A stretch of DNA of 64,000 nucleotides from Bacteroidia bacterium (GCA_046291695.1 JBKBSO010000008.1:5419-69418); one strand, 5' to 3'. Shown: positions 1 through 10,032, numbered from the stretch's first letter. The notes: generated from the letters alone by a model not told the origin. Program-made: numbers and translations.

Positions 1-405
1 AACAAATTTGAAAAACCATAGCCAAAACGGTGGAGGTCCGTAATCGGGATCATCGGCCGTGCCGGCATAGCGGTGGTGCTCGTGGTGTTTGGGCAGCATG
101 CGTTTCCAGCTGTTGAGCGCAAACAGGGCCAAACACAGTGCCCCGATAAAATTATTGAGCCGCTTGTTGTTCGATACTGTGCCATGCATGGCATCGTGCG
201 CGGTTATGAACAATCCGGTGAACAAATGGGTTTGCAGCAGCATGAGGGCCAAGAGCACGGGTTCTACCCCATTCACCTGGTAGTTTAAATTAAACGCAAG
301 CAAGGCCACCCAAAAACCAAGGATGAGCGCGGCAATGAGCACGCCCTTACCAGAGGCGATTTGGCTGCGGACTTGGGCCGAAAAGGTAGACGAAGCGGTG
401 GTCAT
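1..405 (-). CDS. crtW: Beta-carotene ketolase (CrtW, membrane fatty-acid-desaturase superfamily), 5' part; runs off the left edge
   Basis: Hand-translated from ATG at 405: MTTASSTFSAQ...QTHLFTGLFITAHDAMHG...LNNFIG...HHEHHRYAGTADDPDY...FWLWFFKF. His boxes HDAMH and HHEHH plus DDPD are CrtW-type. Absent from the ORF track because no stop lies in the window. Confidence 0.85.
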   Translation of the reverse strand, partial: MTTASSTFSAQVRSQIASGKGVLIAALILGFWVALLAFNLNYQVNGVEPVLLALMLLQTHLFTGLFITAHDAMHGTVSNNKRLNNFIGALCLALFALNSWKRMLPKHHEHHRYAGTADDPDYGPPPFWLWFFKFV

Positions 406-565
406 GAATGAATAACAAAGCTACAACAGCATGTTGGATTGAAAGTTTGAGAAATATGCGAAATATTTGAATGTTTTAGTGCTGTGGATGCGATGATTGT
501 TTCAGGGCTCACAAATAGCATTGCGCGGACAGCAAGAGCGTTTGTTTTTTCACCGCAGATCCTTA

Positions 566-590
566 GACCCCGACCGTAGCGCCGGGGGTC
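566..590. repeat. GC-rich hairpin (REP-like or orphan terminator-like)
   Basis: GACCCC-N13-GGGGTC followed by GCAGAG and a T-run, in the divergent crtW/ATPase intergenic region. Confidence 0.4.
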
Positions 591-844
591 GCAGAGTTTT
601 TTCTATTTTATGGCTTTCATTTTTTGAAAATTACTGCTTCAAGGTCTTTGAGTGGCCTTTTTTATCAGTGCTACTAGCAGCGATGGCTGGCCGCGTACCG
701 ATGATGCAATTGGCATGTCGGCATCTGAAGAAGGGCGCAGAACCAAGCCTTCGGCTTATAGGTAAATAGCAACCCGATTGATTTTGATTTCTGAGGAAAT
801 CATTTTTTATGCGTTTCTACTTTTTCTGTAAAGCATTTATGCGC

Positions 845-852
845 TATATTTG
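845..852 (+). promoter_or_regulatory. Bacteroidota -7 promoter box
   Basis: TATATTTG matches TAnnTTTG, 24 nt before the ATG at 876. Confidence 0.6.
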
Positions 853-875
853 CTTCTTAGAAACAGCATTTTAAA

Positions 876-2069
876 ATGGAACGGCAATTTGAGTATTTCA
901 GACAACGTTTGCAACGCGTGCCGCTGACCCACAGCAGGCCCCTGCTGCACGAACTGCCCCCAGCTGAGCGATTGATTGGCATCAAAGGCGCGCGCGGTGT
1001 TGGCAAAACCACCCTGCTGTTGCAATATGCCCATCATTACTTGCCTGCCGACCAAAAAACGCTCTACATCAGCCTCGATGATCCCTTTTTCCAGCAACAA
1101 ACGCTCGAAGAGTTTGCACGCAGTTTTGTGCAATTGGGAGGATCCGCCCTGCTCATCGACGAAGTACACCGCTTGCCCGATTGGGGCCGGAGCCTCAAAT
1201 TTCTGTACGACCAATATCCCGAGCTGCGCATCATTTTTACGGCTTCATCGGTACTACAGCTGAATGAAAAAGCCGCCGATTTAGGTCGCCGGGGCATTTT
1301 TAGAGAACTACCCGGCCTGTCGTTTCGCGAGTATCTCAATTGGTTTCATGCGCAAAACATCCCCGTGCTTCCCCTCAACCAATTGGGTCAACAACATGCT
1401 ACACGGGCGGCAGAACTGAGCAGCCAATTCAAACCCCTGGCGCTATTCAAACAATACCTCGAACAGGGCTACTACCCATTTCAAATCGAAAATCCCGCTA
1501 CCTACCTCGAAAAGCTGCGCGAAAACACACGCATTACCATTGAGTCGGACATCCGTACTTATATGTCGATTGAGACCGACACCATTCATTTGCTGCTAAA
1601 ACTGATGGCCATTTTAGCCGATTCGGTGCCCTTTACACCCAACATCAGCAAGCTGGCCGAACGCATGGGGAGTACGCGTAACACGGTGGTCATGCTGCTC
1701 GAATACCTCGAGAAAGGCAAACTCATTCATCGGTTGTACAAACAAAGCAGCGGCATCACGCGCATGCAAAAGCCTGATAAAATATACCTCGACAATCCCA
1801 ATTTGATGTTTGCCCTCAGTTGGAACCAAATCAATTGGGGCGCCCTGCGCGAAACCTTTGCGGTTAGTCAGTTACGACCGGTATACCCCATGCGGCTCGG
1901 TCAAACTGCCGACTTTTTGGTAGATGAAACCTATGAATTAGAAATTGGTGGCCGACAAAAAGGCGGCAGTCAACTGCAGCAGTCCGAAAACAGCTTTCTG
2001 CTTACCGATGATACTGAAATAGGTTTTGGGCGAAAAATCCCGCTGTGGATGCTGGGCTTGGTACGCTAA
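876..2069 (+). CDS. AAA_14-type ATPase with DUF4143 C-terminal region
   Basis: Walker A GARGVGKT, Walker B LLIDEVH, TASS, KIYLDNPNL, RETF, C-terminal ELEIG. Confidence 0.85.
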   Translation: MERQFEYFRQRLQRVPLTHSRPLLHELPPAERLIGIKGARGVGKTTLLLQYAHHYLPADQKTLYISLDDPFFQQQTLEEFARSFVQLGGSALLIDEVHRLPDWGRSLKFLYDQYPELRIIFTASSVLQLNEKAADLGRRGIFRELPGLSFREYLNWFHAQNIPVLPLNQLGQQHATRAAELSSQFKPLALFKQYLEQGYYPFQIENPATYLEKLRENTRITIESDIRTYMSIETDTIHLLLKLMAILADSVPFTPNISKLAERMGSTRNTVVMLLEYLEKGKLIHRLYKQSSGITRMQKPDKIYLDNPNLMFALSWNQINWGALRETFAVSQLRPVYPMRLGQTADFLVDETYELEIGGRQKGGSQLQQSENSFLLTDDTEIGFGRKIPLWMLGLVR

Positions 2070-2071
2070 GC

Positions 2072-2635
2072 TTAGTCTTTGGCAATCCGCTTCACAATTT
2101 TTGGGCTGTCGGGTTTGGTGGTGGGCAAAAAGTAATCGACCAGTTGGCCCTCTTCGTCAACCAAATATTTTTGGAAGTTCCACCAAATGCGGCTCGATTT
2201 TTTACCATTCAACTCTTTTTCCGTGAGCCACTTAAAAATCGGATGTTTATCGTTTCCCTTGGTGCTGGCTTTGTCGAGCATTAAAAAGTCTACCCCGTAG
2301 TTGGCTTGACAAAACGCCTCAATCGCTTCTCCCTTTCGAGGTTCTTGCCCGGCAAAATCATTGGTAGGAATGCCAATTACAACCAATTCTTCTTTATACT
2401 CGGCATGCAGTTTTTGCAAGGCCTCGAGCTGTGGTGTAAATCCGCATTCCGTAGCAGTATTCACGAGCAACACTTTTTTTCCCTTAAATTGGCTGAAATC
2501 AATGTCTTTTCCATCGAGGCCCTGTGCTTTTAAGTCGTAAAAATTAGTGATATTCATTGTTTTTGTTTTGGGTTCACCCGCCTCGCCACACGAAGGCATT
2601 ACAAACAAGGCGATCAGCAAAAAAGCTCGGGACAT
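2072..2635 (-). CDS. Glutathione peroxidase family protein, Cys-type, probable lipoprotein
   Basis: NTATECGFT (Cys codon TGC), PTNDFAGQEP, WNFQKYLVD; signal peptide ending PSC. Confidence 0.92.
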   Translation of the reverse strand: MSRAFLLIALFVMPSCGEAGEPKTKTMNITNFYDLKAQGLDGKDIDFSQFKGKKVLLVNTATECGFTPQLEALQKLHAEYKEELVVIGIPTNDFAGQEPRKGEAIEAFCQANYGVDFLMLDKASTKGNDKHPIFKWLTEKELNGKKSSRIWWNFQKYLVDEEGQLVDYFLPTTKPDSPKIVKRIAKD

Positions 2636-2700
2636 ATACTATGAACAGTTTAGCAATGGAAGTGTTCACAGATTTTAAAATATAGCCGGCACTTTTCAGC

Positions 2701-2708
2701 TAAATTTG
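2701..2708 (+). promoter_or_regulatory. Bacteroidota -7 promoter box
   Basis: TAAATTTG just upstream of the ATG at 2713. Confidence 0.55.
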
Positions 2709-2712
2709 CATC

Positions 2713-3189
2713 ATGAAACTAAAGTCTTGGCAAGTAAAATGGATGTTACGGATTTTTCCGCCCCTCCTTTTTAGCCGTGTGTGGCTTAAAAGCGTGGCCA
2801 AAGACTTCAAAAGTTGTGAGGTTTATGTAACGCCTTCTCTGCTTAATCGCAATTTACAGCGCACAGTTTTTGGAGGCACGCTATTCAGTGCCTTTGATCC
2901 TTTTCATGCCATTTTGTTTTGGCAATATTTTGCCCAACGCGGCCACCGGCTCGAAGCCTGGCTCAAAAGTGCCGAAGTGAGTTACAAAAAACCTGTAAAT
3001 AGCCGTGTACGCATCCACTTTGAGCTCGACGACCAAAGTCTTGCTGAAGCCGAAGCGGCCTTAGCTAGCGAAGGACGCTTTCAAAAATGGATGGTTGCTC
3101 AGGCCATCGACCGATCCGGCGACTTGTGTGTAGAGGCACGCCTACTCGTTTACCTGCGTAATTTCAAAGGGCACTCAGCTAATTTCTAA
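2713..3189 (+). CDS. Hot-dog fold thioesterase-like protein (DUF4442/YiiD_C)
   Basis: NRNLQRTVFGGTLFSAFDPF, AWLKSAEVSYKKP. Confidence 0.8.
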   Translation: MKLKSWQVKWMLRIFPPLLFSRVWLKSVAKDFKSCEVYVTPSLLNRNLQRTVFGGTLFSAFDPFHAILFWQYFAQRGHRLEAWLKSAEVSYKKPVNSRVRIHFELDDQSLAEAEAALASEGRFQKWMVAQAIDRSGDLCVEARLLVYLRNFKGHSANF

Positions 3190-3236
3190 GCACTTACAAT
3201 TTAAATTAACGTTCATGTTAAAATTTATTTAAATCA

Positions 3237-3289
3237 ATGTTTGAACTTTGATGTTTAGACATTAATTTTGCAGACATAATTTTAAACAT
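3237..3289 (+). promoter_or_regulatory. yceI-marR promoter: -7 box plus imperfect ATGTTTAAACAT-like palindromes (candidate operator)
   Basis: ATGTTTGAACTT 3237-3248, ATGTTTAGACAT 3251-3262, TAATTTTG 3263-3270, ATTTTAAACAT 3279-3289. Confidence 0.45.
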
Positions 3290-3902
3290 GAAAAAAATAT
3301 TTACCATAGGATTACTGGTAGTAGCTACCGGTCTCCTTGCATTTAAACCTGCAACCGAAAAAACCAATGTCAAAGCCGGTACCTGGGCGGTAGATGCCGT
3401 ACACTCCAATGTGAAATTTACCGTAACCCACCTGGTCATCTCGGAGGTTGACGGCGCTTTCAAAGTTTTTGATGGCCAAATGAATTCTGTAAACGAAGAC
3501 TTTACGGATGCCCAAATCAATTTCAGCATCGATGTGGCTTCCATCAATACCGACAACGAAATGCGCGATAACCACCTCCGCTCCGACGACTTTTTTAACG
3601 CGGATAAATTCAACAAAATGAGTTTCGAAAGCACCAGCTTTAAAAAGGTAAGTGGAAACAAATACGAACTTAAGGGCAACCTTACCATCCGTAATGTTAC
3701 CAAACCCATTGTGTTTGACGTAACTTATGGCGGTACTGTTAAAGACCCTTATGGAAATCTCAAAGCGGGTTTTAAGGCTAAGAGCTCTATTAACCGTTTC
3801 GATTACGGCTTAAAATGGAACAGCATGACCGAAGCCGGTGGTGCTGTAGTAGGCAAGGAAGTTCAAATTCTTTGCAACATCCAAATGGTGAAAAAAGGCT
3901 AA
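3288..3902 (+). CDS. yceI: YceI family lipid/polyisoprenoid-binding protein
   Basis: WAVDAVHSNVKF, SINTDNEMRDNHLRSDDFF, GNLTIR, INRFDYG; signal peptide. Confidence 0.93.
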   Translation: MKKIFTIGLLVVATGLLAFKPATEKTNVKAGTWAVDAVHSNVKFTVTHLVISEVDGAFKVFDGQMNSVNEDFTDAQINFSIDVASINTDNEMRDNHLRSDDFFNADKFNKMSFESTSFKKVSGNKYELKGNLTIRNVTKPIVFDVTYGGTVKDPYGNLKAGFKAKSSINRFDYGLKWNSMTEAGGAVVGKEVQILCNIQMVKKG

Positions 3903-3919
3903 ACAAAAACATTAATTTA

Positions 3920-3951
3920 GCGTCCTGTTAGGTATCTACTTAACAGGACGC
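3920..3951. other. Perfect 11-bp inverted repeat between yceI and marR
   Basis: GCGTCCTGTTA-GGTATCTACT-TAACAGGACGC; no clear U-tract on +. Confidence 0.6.
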
Positions 3952-3959
3952 ATTCGTTT

Positions 3960-4412
3960 ATGGGCATACAAGAAGACATAAAACAAAAAAAAGCATTTAG
4001 AAACCCGCACCATCAGGCTGCTGTAAACATGATGTTTACCTATAATTGGCTTAATGAAAAAGTTCGACTATTACTCGAACCTTACGAGATTACTCCTCAG
4101 CAATACAACGTTTTAAGAATTCTCAGAGGGAGTTATCCCGATCCAATTTCTACCCAGGAAATACGCAACCGGATGCTCGACAAAATGTCGGACGTAAGTC
4201 GCATTGTAGAACGTATGCGTCTCAAGCGCCTGCTTACTAAAAAGACCTGTCCAAACGATAAACGCCTGGTAGATGTACTCATCTCTGAACAAGGTCGGCA
4301 ACTTTTAGAAGACATGCACAGCCTTGAACTCGATATGGATGCTCACATGGAAAAGCTCAATACGGCAGAAGCCCAACAATTAAACATGCTGCTTGATAAA
4401 ATAAGGCAATAA
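3960..4412 (+). CDS. MarR family transcriptional regulator
   Basis: ITPQQYNVLRILRG, SDVSRIVERM, DKRLVDVLIS winged-helix pattern. Confidence 0.92.
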   Translation: MGIQEDIKQKKAFRNPHHQAAVNMMFTYNWLNEKVRLLLEPYEITPQQYNVLRILRGSYPDPISTQEIRNRMLDKMSDVSRIVERMRLKRLLTKKTCPNDKRLVDVLISEQGRQLLEDMHSLELDMDAHMEKLNTAEAQQLNMLLDKIRQ

Positions 4413-4495
4413 TTTCAAGCTAGGCTTCGGCTTTTGCCTTTAAAGCAGGGGCATTTGTTACTGAGTTGTTACACCTTAAAACCTTATCTTCGAAC

Positions 4496-5731
4496 ATGTC
4501 AACGCACCACCCTCAAACCAAACTCATCAGTGACTATTATCCGTCGGAAGACCACAATTCGGCGGTTAAAATGCCGGTATATCATAGCTCTACCTACAAT
4601 TTCGGTTCTGCAGAAGAAGCGGCACGCTTTTTCGAGATTTCGCAAGGAAAGCGGGCTGCTGAGGCCGCTGACAAAGGCTATATCTATAGTCGACTCGACC
4701 ATCCGAATTTACGATTAGCTGAACAACGCATGTGCGTGTACGATGGTGGTGAAGACGCCCTCCTCTTCGAAAGTGGCATGGCTGCTATTAGTGCCAGCTG
4801 TATGGCGCTGTTGCGGCCCGGTGATATTATCTTACACAGTGAGCCGCTTTATGGTGGTACTGATCATTTTTTCAGGGATATGCTTTCGGCCTGGGGAGTT
4901 AAACTGCAGGGATTTAGCATTGATGAAAGCGCGGAGAGCATTATCAATCGACTCGAAAACCAAAATAATCTAAGCAAAATAGCGATTATTTATGTCGAAA
5001 GTCCGGCTAACCCCACCAATACCCTTATCGATTTTAGCGTAGTGGTTGAAGTGCGGAATCACATTCACAGCTGTGGAGGTGCTGCCCATATTTTAGCTGA
5101 TAACACTTATTTGGGGCCCGTTTTTCAGCAACCACTTCAACTCGGTGCTGATTTGGTACTATATAGCGGAACCAAATACATTGGAGGGCACAGTGATTTA
5201 CTGGCCGGCATTGCTGTGGGTAGCCGAGAGCTTATCCGGTCCATCCGGAAAGTGCGCAATAGTTTGGGGAACATGGCCTCGCCACATACCTCCTGGCTAC
5301 TAACCCGCAGCCTCGAAACCCTGCATTTACGAATGCAAGCAGCCGAAGCCAATGCCCGTTCGCTCCTACCCCTACTCGAAAACAACCCTGCTGTAACCCA
5401 AATCCATTATCCTGGCTATAAGCGTCAGGAAGAACTTTATGCCCGCCAATGTAGTGGTTCCGGCGCAACCATTGGCATTGAGCTTATGGGAGGTCAAGCA
5501 GCGGCTTTTCGTTTTTTAAATGCCTTAAAACTGGTACGCTTGGCGGTAAGTTTGGGCGGGACTGAAAGTCTGGCAACGCATCCGGCTACCACCACGCACA
5601 GCAATGTGCCCGAACAAGTACGGCTTGCTTACGGCATTCATCCCGGTTTGATTCGCCTGTCGATAGGCATTGAACATGCTGTTGACATACAAGAAGACAT
5701 TGTACAGGCCATCAAAAAATCGCGACAATAG
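4496..5731 (+). CDS. Cys/Met metabolism PLP-dependent enzyme (cystathionine gamma-synthase / methionine gamma-lyase family)
   Basis: YSRLDHP, FESGMAAI, ESPANP, DNT, YSGTKYIGGHSD (PLP Lys), SLGGTESL, IRLSIGIE; ATG at 4496 preferred over 4466. Confidence 0.9.
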   Translation: MSTHHPQTKLISDYYPSEDHNSAVKMPVYHSSTYNFGSAEEAARFFEISQGKRAAEAADKGYIYSRLDHPNLRLAEQRMCVYDGGEDALLFESGMAAISASCMALLRPGDIILHSEPLYGGTDHFFRDMLSAWGVKLQGFSIDESAESIINRLENQNNLSKIAIIYVESPANPTNTLIDFSVVVEVRNHIHSCGGAAHILADNTYLGPVFQQPLQLGADLVLYSGTKYIGGHSDLLAGIAVGSRELIRSIRKVRNSLGNMASPHTSWLLTRSLETLHLRMQAAEANARSLLPLLENNPAVTQIHYPGYKRQEELYARQCSGSGATIGIELMGGQAAAFRFLNALKLVRLAVSLGGTESLATHPATTTHSNVPEQVRLAYGIHPGLIRLSIGIEHAVDIQEDIVQAIKKSRQ

Positions 5732-5738
5732 CCGTGGG

Positions 5739-6926
5739 CTATTTTTGCAAAACTGCTCCAAAAAGCACATCCCCACCTTCGGTTGAAGCCTGAAAGTATT
5801 GTTGCTGTAGTAATTTCAGGCCATATTTTGCACAAAGCCAATCTACCACCTCTTCATTTTCGAGTCGATACACGGAGCAGGTAAGGTAAATCAAGCGGCC
5901 TTTATCTTTAAGGTAAGGCAGCATATTGGCCGTCATTTGTTGCTGTCGCGCTACAAAACTTTGTATTTGCAATGACTCTTGGGTGATTAGCATTTCCGGT
6001 GTTCCCGCCCAGGTTCCTGATCCTGAACAAGGCACATCGGCTAAAATCACATCATACTGCTTGGGAAAACTGCCTGCATGCTCAAGGGCCATCGGCTGCA
6101 TCCAGTCGACCACAGCCCTGCTGTAGTTTCTTATACCTGCGCGTTTAAACCGCTCATGCAGTCGTTGCAAAATATCTTCACGAATATCGGTCACAAACAA
6201 ACTTAGCTCCGACAGCATATCCAAGAGCATGAGGCTTTTACCGCCTGATCCGGCGCATGCATCGAGCCAGCGTTCATCTTTTTGGGGTTCAAAGAGTGCT
6301 GCTGTTTGTTGAGATGCCAAGTCTTGCACTTCCAGCATTCCTTGCTGCCAGCTTTTTAGCTGATCGAGCTTGATGCCGGCAGCCAAAGCATAGGCCGTAG
6401 GCAAGTTTGCTTGTTGTTCAAATTCAATTGCTTTTTCACTCATCTCCCGCTCAAAAGCCTTTTGTGCCCGCTGTTTTACACGCACCCAGGTAATTGGATG
6501 TACCAGGTGTGCCGCGTAAAACGACTGCAATTCAATCTGGCTGCTAATTTGCTCCGACCAGGGAAAAAACCGCTGCCAATCGGCCGTATATCCTTGTTCT
6601 ACTAACCAACTCAATTTAGCCTCAAAATCAAGATCTTCGGGCAAAGCTTGCTTACAGAACCGCTCCGTCCAGTAAGCTACAAATGCACTCGATTGCAGTT
6701 CGCATAAGAAACTCCCCAACCAGATCTGCTCAGGCAGGCTTTTACCCGAAAAGAGCTTTTGCACCCGGATCGCATCATATACCAAGCCGGCTACCTCCCT
6801 CCGATCGCGACTACCCATTTTTGGAAATTGCTTAAAATGACTCTTCAAAAAGCCATTCAGCTCTTTTTCGGGATGATAGGCTTTGAGCGCATGCTCTGCC
6901 TGTTTCATGCGTACCTCTACGATCAT
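5739..6926 (-). CDS. RsmB/NOP (Fmu/Sun) family RNA m5C methyltransferase
   Basis: EVQDLASQ, DACAGSGGKS, DVPCSGSG, YLTCS, ENEEVV. Confidence 0.88.
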   Translation of the reverse strand: MIVEVRMKQAEHALKAYHPEKELNGFLKSHFKQFPKMGSRDRREVAGLVYDAIRVQKLFSGKSLPEQIWLGSFLCELQSSAFVAYWTERFCKQALPEDLDFEAKLSWLVEQGYTADWQRFFPWSEQISSQIELQSFYAAHLVHPITWVRVKQRAQKAFEREMSEKAIEFEQQANLPTAYALAAGIKLDQLKSWQQGMLEVQDLASQQTAALFEPQKDERWLDACAGSGGKSLMLLDMLSELSLFVTDIREDILQRLHERFKRAGIRNYSRAVVDWMQPMALEHAGSFPKQYDVILADVPCSGSGTWAGTPEMLITQESLQIQSFVARQQQMTANMLPYLKDKGRLIYLTCSVYRLENEEVVDWLCAKYGLKLLQQQYFQASTEGGDVLFGAVLQK

Positions 6927-8011
6927 GGCAACAAATTAAAAGTGTAATTCGAAAATTGAATCAACCGAACGGCTGTATTTTGATGTTGACCCATAACCGG
7001 GCTATTAAAGTCGAAACTCATACTCCCTAAATCCACCGCTTCTTTAGGCAGTTCAGCGGTCAGGAGTAATCTCCCAAAATAAAAACCATGATCAAAGGCT
7101 TTAATCACTGGCGTACGGGCCTCTCCCTCGTATTGGGCCGTATAGGCGGTACGCAAGTAAGTCAGTAAATCATGCGACTCATCCATAAAAACCGACTGGC
7201 TCAATATGACCCTAAACGTTTCCATCAAATTGCCATTCAGCGTTAAAAACCGCTCCCAATTGGGCAAGCCTGCCAGCAAAATATCATAATCTTCAAGAGA
7301 TGACCAAAGTTGAATCATGCGACTTACGTAGCGTTCATCCGGCGAACAGAGGTACACATAATTGGTTTGATCTCTTTTAAAATGCTGTTTCCAAAAATCA
7401 ATATCCACCCGATTGCTTTCCAGATTTCGACTCTTCGAAGGCGCATTGGCCATAAAGGATTCTGCAATCATTTTTTCAACATCGGTGCCCCTATGCACCA
7501 GCATAATTTCGGGGGCTTCCCACTGCCAATAGTTTGCCAATCGGGCAGTATGATATTCCAATCCAGGATTACAAACCCAACTGAGGGTATCGTAATAAGC
7601 CACATAATTGCCATGGTTAAAATGCACCACCAAATCATTATTTTGGCGCATCCTCGGCAGCTGGTCTAAATGGCCCAGTTTAATTTTCACTTCGGCACGT
7701 AAACCTGCTCGATGTAGGGTGTCGAAGGCAAGCATAAATCCCGAAATTGCATCTAGCACCTCCTCACTTACTTCCCATTGTCCTGTAGAATCCAATGTGC
7801 CGGGAAACAAAAGGCCGATCCGGAAAAGATCGGCCTTGTATGCGAGACTGTCGTAAGAGGGCTTGGGCTCAAGTCGCCGCGATTCCGGCCTTTCGTGCAT
7901 GGCTGGATCGAGTGCAGGAGGCTGTTGCGGCTGAGAACCACTACTTTTTGAAGCCTTGCAGCCCAAATTAAAGGCCAACAATGCCACCAAAAGCAATTTA
8001 CTCCCATTCAA
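6923..8011 (-). CDS. Hypothetical lipoprotein, periplasmic-binding-protein-like, coupled to guaA
   Basis: TTG at 8011 gives [18 protein letters not shown] (lipobox); [15 protein letters not shown] and N..VRLIQF resemble the substrate-binding-like proteins that often follow Bacteroidota guaA. Confidence 0.6.
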   Translation of the reverse strand: MNGSKLLLVALLAFNLGCKASKSSGSQPQQPPALDPAMHERPESRRLEPKPSYDSLAYKADLFRIGLLFPGTLDSTGQWEVSEEVLDAISGFMLAFDTLHRAGLRAEVKIKLGHLDQLPRMRQNNDLVVHFNHGNYVAYYDTLSWVCNPGLEYHTARLANYWQWEAPEIMLVHRGTDVEKMIAESFMANAPSKSRNLESNRVDIDFWKQHFKRDQTNYVYLCSPDERYVSRMIQLWSSLEDYDILLAGLPNWERFLTLNGNLMETFRVILSQSVFMDESHDLLTYLRTAYTAQYEGEARTPVIKAFDHGFYFGRLLLTAELPKEAVDLGSMSFDFNSPVMGQHQNTAVRLIQFSNYTFNLLP

Positions 8012-9527
8012 TAGTTGCCGGCGGCTTAGAACTGATATCATACACTACACGATTTATTCCTTTTACCCGATTGATAATTTCGTTCGACACCTTGGCGAGG
8101 AAGCTGTATGGCAAATGACACCAATCGGCGGTCATGCCATCTAAACTTTCTACTGCCCTGAGCGCTACCACATGTTCGTAAGTTCGCTCATCGCCCATTA
8201 CACCCACACTTTGAATGGGCAAAAAGATGGTTCCCGCTTGCCATACTTTATCGTACAAACCAGCTTCACGGAGGTTTTCGATGAAAATATCATCAGCTTC
8301 CTGCAATATACGCACTTTTTCGGGAGTTATGTCACCCAATATCCTGATCCCCAATCCAGGGCCTGGAAAAGGATGTCGACCAAGTATACCTTCAGGGATT
8401 CCCATGGCCCGACCCACTTCGCGCACTTCATCTTTAAACAACGTCCGCAAAGGCTCTACAAGCTTAAGTTTCATTTTTTCAGGTAAACCGCCCACGTTGT
8501 GGTGCGACTTGATGGTTACCGAAGGCCCGTTCACCGAAACCGACTCGATTACATCTGGATATATCGTTCCCTGTCCCAGCCAACCCACATTGCTAATGCG
8601 ATGGGCTTCGCGGTCGAACACTTCAATAAATGTGCGTCCTATTGCCTTGCGTTTGGCTTCCGGCTCCGACAACCCCTCAAGGGCAGCATAAAAATCGGCT
8701 TTGGCATCTACACCGGTTACGTTAAGCTCAAGCTGCTTGTAAATATCAATGACCTTTTCAAATTCATTTTTCCGTAATAAACCGTTATCCACAAAAATGC
8801 AATGGAGGTTTTTACCAATGGCCTTGCTGATGAGCACCGCCGCAACCGAAGAATCAACGCCTCCACTTAATCCCAATACCACCTGATCGTTACCCAACAT
8901 GGCTTTTAATTCAGCAACGGTACTCTCAATGAAGCTATCGGGCGTCCAGTTTTGACTACACCCACAAACGTCTACCAAAAAATTGCGAATTAGCTGTTTG
9001 CCATCGGTGCTGTGGGTGACTTCGGGATGAAACTGTATGCCAAAAACCGGCTTATCGGTAAAGCGGAAAGCAGCGTTGGCCACAGCCTGTGTGCTGGCCA
9101 GCAACACTGCACCTTCCGGCAGCACTTCAATGGTATCGCCATGCGACATCCAAACCTGACTTCCTACATCAATCCCTCTAAGCAACACATCACTGGCCAC
9201 ATGATTTAGATTAGCCCGGCCATATTCTCTAATTTGAGAAGGCATAACCGAACCGCCATACTGGCGTGTAAGTAATTGTGCGCCATAGCAAACACCCAAA
9301 ACAGGGAGTTGGTTGAGTAATTCCGACAAATCAGGATTGGGTGCCGTAGCATCATGGGTGCTGAACGGACTACCGGAAAGGATGATGCCTTTCACGTTAT
9401 TGTCAATCTGAGGAATTTTGCTAAAGGGATGTATTTCGCAATAAACGTGGTGTTCACGCACCCTACGGGCAATTAATTGGGTGTATTGCGAACCAAAATC
9501 GAGAATGATGATTTTTTGCATGCGCAA
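7998..9527 (-). CDS. guaA: GMP synthase (glutamine-hydrolysing)
   Basis: [52 protein letters not shown]. Confidence 0.99.
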   Translation of the reverse strand: MRMQKIIILDFGSQYTQLIARRVREHHVYCEIHPFSKIPQIDNNVKGIILSGSPFSTHDATAPNPDLSELLNQLPVLGVCYGAQLLTRQYGGSVMPSQIREYGRANLNHVASDVLLRGIDVGSQVWMSHGDTIEVLPEGAVLLASTQAVANAAFRFTDKPVFGIQFHPEVTHSTDGKQLIRNFLVDVCGCSQNWTPDSFIESTVAELKAMLGNDQVVLGLSGGVDSSVAAVLISKAIGKNLHCIFVDNGLLRKNEFEKVIDIYKQLELNVTGVDAKADFYAALEGLSEPEAKRKAIGRTFIEVFDREAHRISNVGWLGQGTIYPDVIESVSVNGPSVTIKSHHNVGGLPEKMKLKLVEPLRTLFKDEVREVGRAMGIPEGILGRHPFPGPGLGIRILGDITPEKVRILQEADDIFIENLREAGLYDKVWQAGTIFLPIQSVGVMGDERTYEHVVALRAVESLDGMTADWCHLPYSFLAKVSNEIINRVKGINRVVYDISSKPPATIEWE

Positions 9528-9555
9528 AAATACGATTAGTGCCTAACATTGTGAT

Positions 9556-10032
9556 ATGAAGGCAGCCCTTTTCCTCGATCGCGATGGGGTAATTAATCAC
9601 GACCCCGGCGATTATACCTGTAGTCCTAAGGATTTCCACTTTAATCCGGGCATATTTGAATTCCTGCAAAAAGCTCAGCAAAAAGGATATTTAATCATTG
9701 TAGTCACCAACCAAGCCGGAATTAGCAAGGGACGATACAGCCTTGAAACCTTTAATGCCATCAACCAAAAAATGCTTGCTGGCATGGCCCAACACGGCAT
9801 CAGCATTACCGAAGTGTATTTTTGTCGCCACCACCCCGACTATGGCAAATGCCTTTGCCGCAAACCGGCCTCGCTTTTTTTCGAAAAGGCCATAGCAAGA
9901 TTTAAGATCGATCCCTCCCGGAGCCTCATGATTGGCGACCGTGAACGTGATATTGAAGCTGCAGCGGCCGTAGGCGTTCGTGGCTTTCTTGTGCCGGTAA
10001 ACAGCAACCTTAATCAACATATGCCTTTATGA
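9556..10032 (+). CDS. gmhB: D-glycero-D-manno-heptose 1,7-bisphosphate phosphatase (HAD IIIA)
   Basis: FLDRDGVIN, VTNQAGI, CRHHP..CLCRKP, MIGDRERD. Confidence 0.85.
   Translation: MKAALFLDRDGVINHDPGDYTCSPKDFHFNPGIFEFLQKAQQKGYLIIVVTNQAGISKGRYSLETFNAINQKMLAGMAQHGISITEVYFCRHHPDYGKCLCRKPASLFFEKAIARFKIDPSRSLMIGDRERDIEAAAAVGVRGFLVPVNSNLNQHMPL

Noticed and set aside
73-288. Plus-strand ORFs 73-288 and 89-283 (and 497-769)
   Set aside because: The first two are antisense shadows of crtW; the third overlies hairpin-rich spacer DNA and has no protein-like features.
2072-2635. Selenocysteine glutathione peroxidase
   Set aside because: The active-site codon is TGC (Cys).
4413-4495. SAM riboswitch upstream of the Cys/Met enzyme (likewise FMN upstream of ribD, purine upstream of guaA)
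   Set aside because: The leaders are too short and lack recognisable aptamer consensus.
7768-8007. ATG-started ORF overlapping the guaA stop
   Set aside because: Trp/Cys-rich implausible sequence; the alternative frame gives a proper lipoprotein.
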